A stretch of 64,000 nucleotides of DNA, from NCBI GenBank assembly GCA_963674745.2, contig CAXXDV010000003.1, positions 832,001 through 896,000 on the forward strand, given 5' to 3'. The stretch comes from Desulfosudaceae bacterium (GTDB lineage Bacteria > Desulfobacterota > Desulfobacteria > Desulfobacterales > Desulfosudaceae). The notes under the pieces were generated by a model. That model saw only the letters and a list, made by a program, of their open reading frames with translations. It was not told the DNA's origin and ran no database searches. The translations under genes were made by a program, and so were the position numbers. Positions 39,351 to 48,243 of the stretch are shown piece by piece (position 1 is the first letter of the stretch; the number at the start of each line of letters is the position of its first letter).

Positions 39351-39644
39351 TTATTTGTCTGTTTTTAGTGGTTTTGATGTTACCGGTGGTGACGGATCTT
39401 CCACCGAATAAATGGCAAATTCGGGGCACAGCAATTCGCAATAATGGCAGTTCAGGCATTCGTCGTTCTGGACCACCGGGGGATGATATCCTTTTATATT
39501 AAATCCCGTGGAAAAAACCAGAACCTCCCTGGGACAGAACTCGATGCAGTATCCACACCCCTTGCATCGATCCGGAATAATAACAACTTTTCCTTTGGAT
39601 AGCGGGATTTCATCCGTATCCAGCGGTTCACGCCAATATTTCAT
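39351..39644 (-). CDS. 2-oxoacid:ferredoxin oxidoreductase delta (2x[4Fe-4S]) subunit
   Basis: CKGCGYCIEFCP, CLNCHYCELLCPEFAI. Confidence 0.9.
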   Translation of the reverse strand: MKYWREPLDTDEIPLSKGKVVIIPDRCKGCGYCIEFCPREVLVFSTGFNIKGYHPPVVQNDECLNCHYCELLCPEFAIYSVEDPSPPVTSKPLKTDK

Positions 39645-39787
39645 AAGACCGGCCCTGTTTATGTTTTGTCCGTATGATTAGAAACAATCATTTTTTATCT
39701 ATTTTTAATAAAATAGCAACTTAAAAATAATATTTCAGGCAAATGATAGAGACACCCCTGTACTTTTTACAATAGTGTCCCCTTTTT

Positions 39788-40152
39788 TAAGGTGTTAACG
39801 TATTATGGTTTTAGGTTTTAAAGTGTCAGGTTTTAGGTGGTCAAGTAGGGGCACGGCGTGCCGTGCCCGATTGAAGTGCTTAAGTGGTTAGGTGCTTAAG
39901 TGATTATGTGGTTATGTAGTAACACGGCGTGCCGTGTCCGATTCTGATCCGGATTTAGGTGGGCGAGGTTTGAGGGGGTTGTATATTAAGCGGACCGTTT
40001 TATGGGGGGTATGGCGTAGGGGCGACCGGCGGGTCGCCCTTACACACGGGCAACCTTCGGTTGGCCCGTGGCACCCGTTAAAGAAATATTAACTTGGTTG
40101 GATAACGAATTACGAGACAGTCCTAAAATCCGTGCAGTCCGTACAATCCGTG
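39788..40152. repeat. Composite cluster of REP-like palindromes and short tandem arrays
   Basis: ggttttag units; REPs at 39845-39868, 39916-39939, 40016-40040; 8-mer array 39874-39917; cacgggc..gcccgtggcaccc 40045-40076; (tccgt)-core repeats near 40125-40152. Confidence 0.75.
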
Positions 40153-40313
40153 TCAAAAAAAGACGACCGGGTCGAGTGTGACTTTGACTTGTTCCAGGTG
40201 TTTCCGGCCGTTCATTTGTTTGACAGATTCTCTCTAAACTGGTAAATAAAAATGAACATTCAAGGTATTTCGTTAGATCTTTATTTATAATTTTTTTAGA
40301 GGAGGGTGGTTCG

Positions 40314-41030
40314 ATGAAAAAATGTTTTCTGGTTGTTTTACTTCTGGTGCTTTGCCTGTCTGTTTCATCCGCTTTTGCCGAAGACAAACCGCGGCTGGGC
40401 GTGCTGAGGTTTACCAACAATACCAGTGCCGGTTGGTGGAGCGGCAGTACCGGCAGGGATCTTCAGGACATGCTGATTGCTGAGCTGGCGGCCATGAAAA
40501 GCTTTTCCGTGCTGGAAAGAAAAGAGCTTGAGGCTGTTCTTGGTGAGCAGAATTTAAGTGCTTCCGGCAGAGTCGATCCCAAGTTCAAGGTGCAAATGGG
40601 AAAATTAAAAGGTGCTCCCTACCTTGTGTCTGCCACGGTTTCAGCGTTTGAAGCTGATACCAGCGGCGGTGGTGGCGGTCTTTCCTTTAAGGGCATTTCC
40701 ATCGGCGGCAAACGGGACCGGGCCTATATGGCTGTGGACCTGAAGGTGATTAATTCGACAACCGGGGAGATCGCAGACGTCAGGACAGTCGAGGCAACGG
40801 CCAAGTCCGGCGGCCTGGGCGTGGGCTTCAGCAGGGGCGGTTTGGGGGGCAGTCTGGATGGGTATAAAAAGACACCCACCGGCAAGGCCATCCGGGCCTG
40901 TGTCATGGAGATCGCCGAGTACCTGGAATGCTCCATGGTTAAAGGCCCCAACGACAGCTGCATGCAGGAATACAACGCCAAAGAGAGCAAGAGAAGAGAG
41001 AAAACCAAGGGCTCCATTGACCTTGACTAA
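40314..41030 (+). CDS. CsgG/HfaB family exported protein
   Basis: Signal peptide; LGVLRF.N, FSVLER..L..VLGEQ, VDLKVINSTTGEI. Confidence 0.85.
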   Translation: MKKCFLVVLLLVLCLSVSSAFAEDKPRLGVLRFTNNTSAGWWSGSTGRDLQDMLIAELAAMKSFSVLERKELEAVLGEQNLSASGRVDPKFKVQMGKLKGAPYLVSATVSAFEADTSGGGGGLSFKGISIGGKRDRAYMAVDLKVINSTTGEIADVRTVEATAKSGGLGVGFSRGGLGGSLDGYKKTPTGKAIRACVMEIAEYLECSMVKGPNDSCMQEYNAKESKRREKTKGSIDLD

Positions 41031-41050
41031 TTGATAGCTGATAAAAAACG

Positions 41051-41087
41051 CCGGGCCGGGCATTCTTATGCCCGGCCCGGTTTTTTT
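41051..41087 (+). terminator. Intrinsic terminator
   Basis: 13-bp stem ccgggccgggcat/atgcccggcccgg followed by T7. Confidence 0.85.
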
Positions 41088-41097
41088 ATGCAATCAG

Positions 41098-41316
41098 GGT
41101 TCAAGAAAGGTTCAAGGTTTGAGGTTCGAGGTTCGGGGTTCGGGAAGACGATCGCTTTCCACGGCCCGTAGGGGCAACCCCCTGTGGTTGCCCTTTTCCG
41201 GGCAGGCACGGGGGCCTGCCCCTACATTGTTCATGAACATGTACCACGGCCTGTAGGGCAATCAACGGGTCGCCTCTACGAGGTCAGGCATTATTAAACC
41301 CTAAAACTCTAAAACC
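41098..41316. repeat. REP doublet, further REP and tandem arrays
   Basis: (ggttc)n array; gtaggggc...gcccctac 41168-41225; gtagggc...ctctac 41253-41279; taaaac(c)t units at the right end. Confidence 0.7.
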
Positions 41317-42468
41317 TTAAAACCCCTCAAGTTTTGAAATAATCTCACACATAATCTCATCGGCGCCGCCGCCGATGGAAATCAGGCGTGAATCCCGGAA
41401 CGCCCTTGAAATCGCCATTTCATTCATGTATCCCATACCGCCGTGCATCTGCAAACATCCGTCCATGACCTTGTTCAACAGTTGGGCGCCGAACAGTTTG
41501 GCCATGGAAATCTCTTTGGTTGCGTCCTGACCGGCCATTTTCAGCCGTACAATATGGTAAGTCATCTGCCGCATACATTCAATTTCAGTCAGCCACTGGG
41601 CCAACCGGTGACGGAGTACCTGTTTTTTGATCAGGGGCTTGCCGAACACAATACGTTTTCTCAGGTATTCCACGGTCTGGTCAATCACTCTTTTCGTTGA
41701 GATATAGCAGCCGGGAAGGGCGGCAAAGCGTTCATGCTGGAACTGCTGCATCTGGTAGATAAACCCTTCCCCTTCCTGGCCGATAATGTTTTCAGCGGGT
41801 ATCCTCAGGTCATCAAAAAAGAGTTCGGCCGTGTCACTGCTGCGCATCCCCATTTTGTCGAGTTTCTTACTGACATTAAACCCCGGCAGATTGGTGGGTA
41901 CCACAAACAGGCCGAATGAATGATAACCCGGGTCATCGCTGGTCCTGGCCAGAAGGGTCAGAAAGTCGGCCTGGGTACCGTTGGTGATATAGGTTTTGGA
42001 ACCGTTGATGACGTAGTCATCGCCGTCTTTTTTGGCATAGGTTTTAATAGCGGCCACGTCTGATCCGGCATCCGGTTCGGTAACGGCGATGGAAGCCACC
42101 ATGTCACCGGCAATGGCCGGTTTTAAATAAGTCTCCTTGAGGTGTTCACTGCCGAAGGCTTCAATGGCCGGGGTGGCCATGTTGGTCTGGACCAGAATGG
42201 CCATGGGTACCCCGCCGCAGTCGATCAGGGAAAGCTCCTCGATGAACGCCAGTTCATACCAGTAGTCCAGTCCCTGCCCGCCGTATTTGGGGTCACTGCG
42301 GATGCCCAGAAAACCCAGGTCCCCCATTTTTTTAAACAGATCATGCAGCGGCGCGATGCCCTTTTCTTCCCATTCATCAACATAAGGATTGATTTCCTTG
42401 TTAACAAAATCCCTTACTGCCTTACGGACCATTTCGTGGTCCTTGGTGAAATACATTTCATTACCCAT
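41317..42468 (-). CDS. Acyl-CoA dehydrogenase
   Basis: AVTEPDAGSDV, NGSKTYITNG, QMHGGMGY, SIGGGADE. Confidence 0.93.
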   Translation of the reverse strand: MGNEMYFTKDHEMVRKAVRDFVNKEINPYVDEWEEKGIAPLHDLFKKMGDLGFLGIRSDPKYGGQGLDYWYELAFIEELSLIDCGGVPMAILVQTNMATPAIEAFGSEHLKETYLKPAIAGDMVASIAVTEPDAGSDVAAIKTYAKKDGDDYVINGSKTYITNGTQADFLTLLARTSDDPGYHSFGLFVVPTNLPGFNVSKKLDKMGMRSSDTAELFFDDLRIPAENIIGQEGEGFIYQMQQFQHERFAALPGCYISTKRVIDQTVEYLRKRIVFGKPLIKKQVLRHRLAQWLTEIECMRQMTYHIVRLKMAGQDATKEISMAKLFGAQLLNKVMDGCLQMHGGMGYMNEMAISRAFRDSRLISIGGGADEIMCEIISKLEGF

Positions 42469-42707
42469 TTCATCCCCTTTCCCAAATAACGATATATTTT
42501 AAAAGGCTGGTACACACTCATATTATTTTCCAGCTTATGCCAATATATAGTTGAAGTAATCAGTTCATCAACATTTTAAAAAATTTAAAGTGTTATTCAA
42601 TTTTGCAGGCATTTTCCGGTCAGCCCTCATTTTGTTTTATGTAAAAATATGATATTTATTTCAAAAAGAGCATTAACAAAAAATAATTAAGGGGGGGAGG
42701 TTAATCA

Positions 42708-43544
42708 ATGCCTGTTATTACCATTTCCAGGGGGTCTTACAGCCGGGGAAAAAAAGTTGCTGAAAAAGTGGCCCAAAAGCTGGGTTATGAATGTATATCC
42801 CGGGACATTCTTCTTCAGACCTCTGAAGAATTTAATATACCTGAAATCAGACTGGTTCGTGCCCTTCATGACGCCCCGTCGGTTCTGGAACGGTTTACCC
42901 ACGGTAAAGAACGGTATGTCGCCTATATCCGTAAAGCGCTTTTGAAACACGTTCAAAAAGACAATGTGGTCTATCACGGCCTGGCCGGTCATTATTTTTT
43001 GATGGATATCCCGCATGTTTTTAAGATCAGAATTATCGCTGATCTGGACGCGCGGGTAAAGGAAGAGGTCAAAAGAGAAAATATCAGCGCCGACAAGGCG
43101 CTTTATACACTCAAAAAGGATGATGAAGAGCGTCGCAAATGGGGTATTCAACTTTATGGCATCGATACCTGGGATCCCCAGCTTTACGATATGGTTCTGC
43201 ACATCAAGACCATTACAGTTGACAAGGCTGTTGATGTCATCTGTCAAATTGTTAAAAGCGGCACGTTTGAAGCCTCTTCCGAATCCCTCAAAATTTTTGA
43301 TAACCTGCTGCTGGCCGCAGACGTTAAGGCCGCGGTCGTGGATATTGAGCCCATGCTGAAGGTGACAGCTGAAGACGGTGTGGTCCAGATCAGTAATATT
43401 GAAGTCGCCAGAAAAATTAAACCGGCTGTTCTGGCTAGGGTCAAGGCCGTTGCCGCTCAAAAGGAAGGTGTCAAGAAAGTGGTTTTCAGCGGGCAGTTGA
43501 CCGAGGATGATCAGCATACCGTTAATCCTTTTCACCATTTATGA
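42708..43544 (+). CDS. Cytidylate kinase-like family protein
   Basis: VITISRGSYSRG, VVYHGLAGH, D..R..W...YG.D.WDP.LYD. Confidence 0.85.
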   Translation: MPVITISRGSYSRGKKVAEKVAQKLGYECISRDILLQTSEEFNIPEIRLVRALHDAPSVLERFTHGKERYVAYIRKALLKHVQKDNVVYHGLAGHYFLMDIPHVFKIRIIADLDARVKEEVKRENISADKALYTLKKDDEERRKWGIQLYGIDTWDPQLYDMVLHIKTITVDKAVDVICQIVKSGTFEASSESLKIFDNLLLAADVKAAVVDIEPMLKVTAEDGVVQISNIEVARKIKPAVLARVKAVAAQKEGVKKVVFSGQLTEDDQHTVNPFHHL

Positions 43545-43622
43545 TGCTGATAAATATTTGCTGCGCCATGTCTATTAGCGGCTGGCCGGTTTCGCCAGGA
43601 CAAATCAGGAAGCACCGTTTTT

Positions 43623-43650
43623 GCCCGGATATTTTATGAAATATCCGGGT
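43623..43650. repeat. Collapsed (empty) copy of the 19047 TIR element
   Basis: gcccggatattt-tatg-aaatatccgggt; another solo end at 20685-20701. Confidence 0.6.
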
Positions 43651-43691
43651 TAGCGAAACCGGATCATGATGAACAAAAAAAGGAGGCAGCT

Positions 43692-44345
43692 ATGACGACC
43701 GCATCGGTACTGGCACTTGACGGGCTCAGGGATCTTTCCACTGTCAAATGGTATGTTATCCCGCTACTGGCCATGGTATTTTATATTTATACGGTGGAAA
43801 TAAAAAAAGCCCGGCAGTCGTCAGACTGGAACGCCGTTCTGGCCGGATTGACGCTTTTCGGGACGGATTTTCTTTTGGAGACCATCAATGGCTGGGTGTT
43901 ACATTTCACGCAATATTCGGCCCTGTGGACGACTCCCGGGGATACAGCCCTGCGGACCATGGTCGGATGGAATATAGAAATCATGTTCATGTTTCTTCTG
44001 GCCGGGATTATTTATTATCATACGCTTTCAGAAAATCAGAACGCCAGGATTCTGGGGGTGCCCGAAAAACTGTTCTGGGTGATATGCTACGCGGCTTTTT
44101 GTGTTTTTGTGGAATGCCTGTTGAATATGGGTGATCACCTGGTCTGGGAATATGCTTTCTGGAAGCGATCGTCCCTGGGTGTGCTGCCCATTTTTTGCTG
44201 TGGTTATTTTCCGCTTTTTCTCAGTCCCATGCTGGTGATCGGCATGAAACAAAACCGGTACAAGGTGGCTTACGTCGGCGGGATATATGCAACAGCCGTT
44301 GTCATGAATATTTTCGCCCTCGGTGTAATGGGCTGGACTTATTAG
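43692..44345 (+). CDS. Hypothetical multi-pass membrane protein
   Basis: Strong SD aggagg; about 6 hydrophobic helices. Confidence 0.75.
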   Translation: MTTASVLALDGLRDLSTVKWYVIPLLAMVFYIYTVEIKKARQSSDWNAVLAGLTLFGTDFLLETINGWVLHFTQYSALWTTPGDTALRTMVGWNIEIMFMFLLAGIIYYHTLSENQNARILGVPEKLFWVICYAAFCVFVECLLNMGDHLVWEYAFWKRSSLGVLPIFCCGYFPLFLSPMLVIGMKQNRYKVAYVGGIYATAVVMNIFALGVMGWTY

Positions 44346-44405
44346 TTCCGATTTGAATTTTTATGAATTCATGACAATCCTGATAGCAACTTTCTTACTC
44401 GGCCA

Positions 44406-44801
44406 TCAGCGTCTCATGGTCTTGGTAAATACATTGTTGTCCCAATTGGGCATGGTGTTCTGATAATCGACGGGGCATCTGCCGGAATCATCCATAACCG
44501 TGATGGTGACCCATATATTCGGGTCGGCGGCTGAAATATCCCATTTCTGGCTGGTCAGGCCGGTAGCGTGAAGGCTCTCTTTGTCGATAGTCGTATGGTT
44601 CGGAATCGCGAAATATTCCCCGATTTCGTTGGCGATAATATCGGCATCCCGTTCCACACGGCTGCAATAGGCTTTGTTTCTGTAAGAAATAAAGTTGGGC
44701 ACGGCGATGAGAACTAAAAGAGCTATAATGACGATCACCGTCATGACTTCGATAAGTGAAAATCCCCGGAGGCCTGATGTGTGACAGGATTGAGTACCCA
44801 T
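44406..44801 (-). CDS. Type IV pilin-like protein
   Basis: Prepilin cleavage G|FSLIE, hydrophobic helix, P22. Confidence 0.88.
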   Translation of the reverse strand: MGTQSCHTSGLRGFSLIEVMTVIVIIALLVLIAVPNFISYRNKAYCSRVERDADIIANEIGEYFAIPNHTTIDKESLHATGLTSQKWDISAADPNIWVTITVMDDSGRCPVDYQNTMPNWDNNVFTKTMRR

Positions 44802-44949
44802 TTTGGTCCCTGAATATAAGAAAATAAATTATTATAAATAATTATAATAACATTGTCAATATTCTTGCCGAAGCGGGAGGCTGGCGGTTTCTGGAGGCGT
44901 TCTCAGAATTTAGCGCAATGGGTACCCCTGTTTAAAGCCGTCTTTTTCC

Positions 44950-45378
44950 TTACCATCCTTTGCGGGTTAATATATCCCTTATCCGTTGTTCACTCTTTTT
45001 CTCCACCAGAATGATTTTTTCGGCTTTGGCACGTTTGATCCGGTCAATGATGGTTGTCAGATCCGCCGGTTTTTCAATCAGATCCATGGCGCCGAGTTTC
45101 ATGGCTTCAACACCTTTTTCAACCGTGGCATGACCGGTCAGCAGGATGACCTGCACATCGGGATTTTTTTCCTTAATGCGCTTGAGGGCCTCAAGCCCGT
45201 CCATTTCAGGCATCTGAAGGTCCAGCACCACTGCGTCATAGGACTCCTTGTCCAGCAGTGAGAGGGCGTCCTGGGCGCGGGTGGCGGTGGAAACTTTTAC
45301 ATCCCGGGCTGCCAACCGTTCAGAAATAAGATCTAAGAAGTCTTTTTCATCATCTACGATCAAAACATTGTCGGACAT
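44950..45378 (-). CDS. Single-domain response regulator
   Basis: LIVDDE, LDLQMP, LTGH, KP. Confidence 0.92.
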   Translation of the reverse strand: MSDNVLIVDDEKDFLDLISERLAARDVKVSTATRAQDALSLLDKESYDAVVLDLQMPEMDGLEALKRIKEKNPDVQVILLTGHATVEKGVEAMKLGAMDLIEKPADLTTIIDRIKRAKAEKIILVEKKSEQRIRDILTRKGW

Positions 45379-45429
45379 AGTAACCTCCTTATTCGTTTTA
45401 AAAAGCCGGATCGTTTACGATCATGCCGG

Positions 45430-46107
45430 CTATGATTCAAAAATCTCCGGAACTGATGCCGGGAGTAAAAATTCAAGGCGACCGTCACTTTCACTGATTG
45501 TCAGGTCGGCCTTCAATACGGCCAGCAAAGACTCGAGCCTTCCTGAAAAAAAATCGTCGATTGAACCTGATGTAACTGATTTGAGCCCTGAGAAATAAAT
45601 CCGGGCACCGGCATTCGTCTGCGTTACGCCAAGACCGATCGTCTTATCAACGCCGCAGGCGGCCATGGAATATTCCAGCACAAGCCATACCAGTGTTTGC
45701 AGGTAAAAAGGACAGGTCGTCAAGTTAATCCGGGTCTCCGGAAAAGTGGTTGAAATTTTTACGCCCTTGTTGACTGCGGTCCGTTCGACCAGGCAGGTCA
45801 TGAGTTCCAGCAAATCGATCAGTTCGATGGAAGAACGCTTTTCATCCAGGCTGTGGGCCAGACGGTTCATGTTTTTGATGATGGTATTGGATCGCTGTAC
45901 CTGTTTTAAAACAGTTCCGGCCAGCGCGCCAATTTGATTCGGGTCAAGCGGCCTGCCTTTTTGCGCCATAAGTATAATGTCTTCCAGGAAGCCGGCGCTT
46001 TCATTGATTACCGCCAGTGAATTTTTTAACTCATGGGAGATGGATGCTGAAACTTTGGAATAAAAAGCCAACGCCGTCTCATCGGGAAGTTTTTTTGTTT
46101 CCATCAT
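45430..46107 (-). CDS. Histidine kinase-like protein (HisKA; degenerate ATPase domain)
   Basis: SHELKNSLAVI H-box; no clear N/G boxes. Confidence 0.75.
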   Translation of the reverse strand: MMETKKLPDETALAFYSKVSASISHELKNSLAVINESAGFLEDIILMAQKGRPLDPNQIGALAGTVLKQVQRSNTIIKNMNRLAHSLDEKRSSIELIDLLELMTCLVERTAVNKGVKISTTFPETRINLTTCPFYLQTLVWLVLEYSMAACGVDKTIGLGVTQTNAGARIYFSGLKSVTSGSIDDFFSGRLESLLAVLKADLTISESDGRLEFLLPASVPEIFES

Positions 46108-46116
46108 GCAGCCCTC

Positions 46117-46470
46117 CTATTCGGCCAGTGCGTCATTGATCTTGGCGATCAGGTCGTCGATGTTGATCGGCTTCATCAGATAGTATTCCGCTTCGGCGAC
46201 GCCGGCCTTGTAATCCTCTTCGGATCCATGACCGGTCAGATAGATTGTTTTAATTCCGGGTATTCTTTTTTCAATGATTTTTTTTAAATCGCGTCCACTC
46301 ATGCCCGGCATCTTTACATCCAGCACTGCCAGATCATAATGCCGTGTCTGGATAATCGCTTCCGCGTCCTTGGCACTGGTGACCCAGTCCGCGTCAATAT
46401 TTCGAAGCGAGAGTCGTTCAGCCAGCGTGGCCACAAAATCTATTTCATCATCAACCAGAAGCAGTTTCAT
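46117..46470 (-). CDS. Single-domain response regulator
   Basis: LLVDDE, LDVKMP, LTGH, KP. Confidence 0.92.
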   Translation of the reverse strand: MKLLLVDDEIDFVATLAERLSLRNIDADWVTSAKDAEAIIQTRHYDLAVLDVKMPGMSGRDLKKIIEKRIPGIKTIYLTGHGSEEDYKAGVAEAEYYLMKPINIDDLIAKINDALAE

Positions 46471-48229
46471 TCGTTGTCTCCTTCTTTTTGGCTGGAGGTG
46501 TTAACGGCAGCATAATCGTAAATTCGGTTCCGACGCCGATTTCACTGTTGACGTCGATGGTACCGCCCAACTCCTGAATAAGCGAGTAAGTGATGGAAAG
46601 GCCCAGCCCGGTTCCGCCGGTGTTTGTCTTGGTTGAGAAAAAAGGTTCAAAAATTCGTTTCAGGTCTTTATCCGGAATCCCGCACCCGGTGTCCTTTACC
46701 CTTATAAAGATCGACTTTTCGTCGGCCCGGAATACCGATATGGACAGGGAACCGCCATCGGTTTGTGCGGCAAAAGCGTTGTTGATCAGATTGAGCAGAA
46801 TCTGCTGGAGCTTACCGCGGTCACTTTCAAACTGGGGCAGGTCAGAAGGTACATCAATGTTAATGGTGATGTTTCGGTATTCCGCCTCTTTGCCCAGAAA
46901 TCCCACCACATCCGAAATTACGGTCTGTATATCAACCGGTTCGACACTGGAATCCATGTGGCGGGCGAAACTGAGCAACTGCTTGGTAATCCTGCCGCAA
47001 CGGGTGACCGATTCATTAATGGCCTCGACCAGTCCCTGGAGTTTTTCGTCTCCGGCGTATCGATTCGTAAGTTGAAAAATATCCTTGATCAGACCGGCTT
47101 TTTCGTTGATTACAGCCAGGGGGTTATTGATTTCATGGGCCACACCAGCCGCCAGTCGACCGATGGAGGCCAGCTTGTTGGCATACTCCACCTGGTGCAG
47201 GCTGCGAATTCGACGCTGGTCGGCGATATATATGCGGTTGACAAAGTAAGTGGCAAAACCGGTTACCGCGATCAGCACGATCACGATACCGGCCAGGACA
47301 TAGACCAGCATTTCAATCCGGGTCCGGTGCCATGATCGCATGAGTTCCCCGGTTTTATTAACGATCATCAGTATGAAGGGGCTGTCCGGAATATAGGCAT
47401 AGCCCAGGATATAATCGCCTTCGGAGGACGTCTGATACTGGGAGACCTCGGTTTTGTCAGAATAAGCCGGGACCGGAAAGTCAATTTTTTCGAACATTTT
47501 TTCATGGCCCCGGGAAGGCGTCTGCAGAATGCCGCCGGTATTGATGATAAAGGCATTGCCCTGGTCACTGAGCTCGAATCCCGACAGCTGTTCATTCAAA
47601 CGGCCGGTATCAATTGAAATGCGAAGTATGAAAAAGGACTGGTCCTGTGTCTCGTGCCTTACCGCTATAACGAAATGGGGGGCGTTTCTGAAGCCCATGA
47701 AAACTTCGCTGATAAAGGTGCCCCGGGTCATGGCTTCCTTGAACCATTGCTGGTCACTGTAATTCCTGCCTTCAAGTGAATAAGGGCCGCTGTAAGCAAT
47801 TTGCTGGCCGGCTGCGTTGATGACCCCGATATCGGTGACCCCGCCAAGGGCCAGGCGGAGATTCTTCAGGATCGTGGCCAGGCGATCGGAATCCAGCAGC
47901 CGATCATAGGGGGTGTCATTTACAATATATACCAGGGATGCCTTGCGTTTGGCCAGAAACGCGGCGATGGTCCGTTTGGCGTTGGAAACGGTCCGTGACG
48001 TGCGGGCCAGGCTCTCGGACTCAACCGCCCTTTGAGTGACATTATAATCGATCCAGGTGACCATCAGCAGCGGTATAATCGCGCACAGTCCGGTGAGCAT
48101 GACCGCAGACTTCCAAAGCCGGCTGTAGTTGAACATGAACCGATCAAGACGGCCCTGGGAGTGATCCTCCTGCTGTCGAAAGCCGGGTAAGAAAAGTTTG
48201 AGGGAACGTTTCATGATATTATATTTCAT
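46451..48229 (-). CDS. Membrane sensor histidine kinase (Cache-like sensor)
   Basis: Two TMs; AHEINNPL, NLINNA, DTGCGI, FEPFFSTK, GTGLGL. Confidence 0.93.
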   Translation of the reverse strand: MKYNIMKRSLKLFLPGFRQQEDHSQGRLDRFMFNYSRLWKSAVMLTGLCAIIPLLMVTWIDYNVTQRAVESESLARTSRTVSNAKRTIAAFLAKRKASLVYIVNDTPYDRLLDSDRLATILKNLRLALGGVTDIGVINAAGQQIAYSGPYSLEGRNYSDQQWFKEAMTRGTFISEVFMGFRNAPHFVIAVRHETQDQSFFILRISIDTGRLNEQLSGFELSDQGNAFIINTGGILQTPSRGHEKMFEKIDFPVPAYSDKTEVSQYQTSSEGDYILGYAYIPDSPFILMIVNKTGELMRSWHRTRIEMLVYVLAGIVIVLIAVTGFATYFVNRIYIADQRRIRSLHQVEYANKLASIGRLAAGVAHEINNPLAVINEKAGLIKDIFQLTNRYAGDEKLQGLVEAINESVTRCGRITKQLLSFARHMDSSVEPVDIQTVISDVVGFLGKEAEYRNITINIDVPSDLPQFESDRGKLQQILLNLINNAFAAQTDGGSLSISVFRADEKSIFIRVKDTGCGIPDKDLKRIFEPFFSTKTNTGGTGLGLSITYSLIQELGGTIDVNSEIGVGTEFTIMLPLTPPAKKKETTNETASG

Positions 48230-48243
48230 ATCAATAAAAAAAT

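Noticed and set aside
40040..40420. 126-aa minus-strand ORF (also 41068-41256 and 7644-8084)
   Set aside because: Run through REP clusters or antisense to real genes; spurious
40314..41030. Curli secretion system
   Set aside because: No csgA/B/E/F in the window
42705..43538. Long antisense ORFs (also 4655-5488, 14640-15464, 18331-19101, 53563-54444, 60229-61050, 62624-63496)
   Set aside because: Mirror frames of well-supported genes, expected from codon bias
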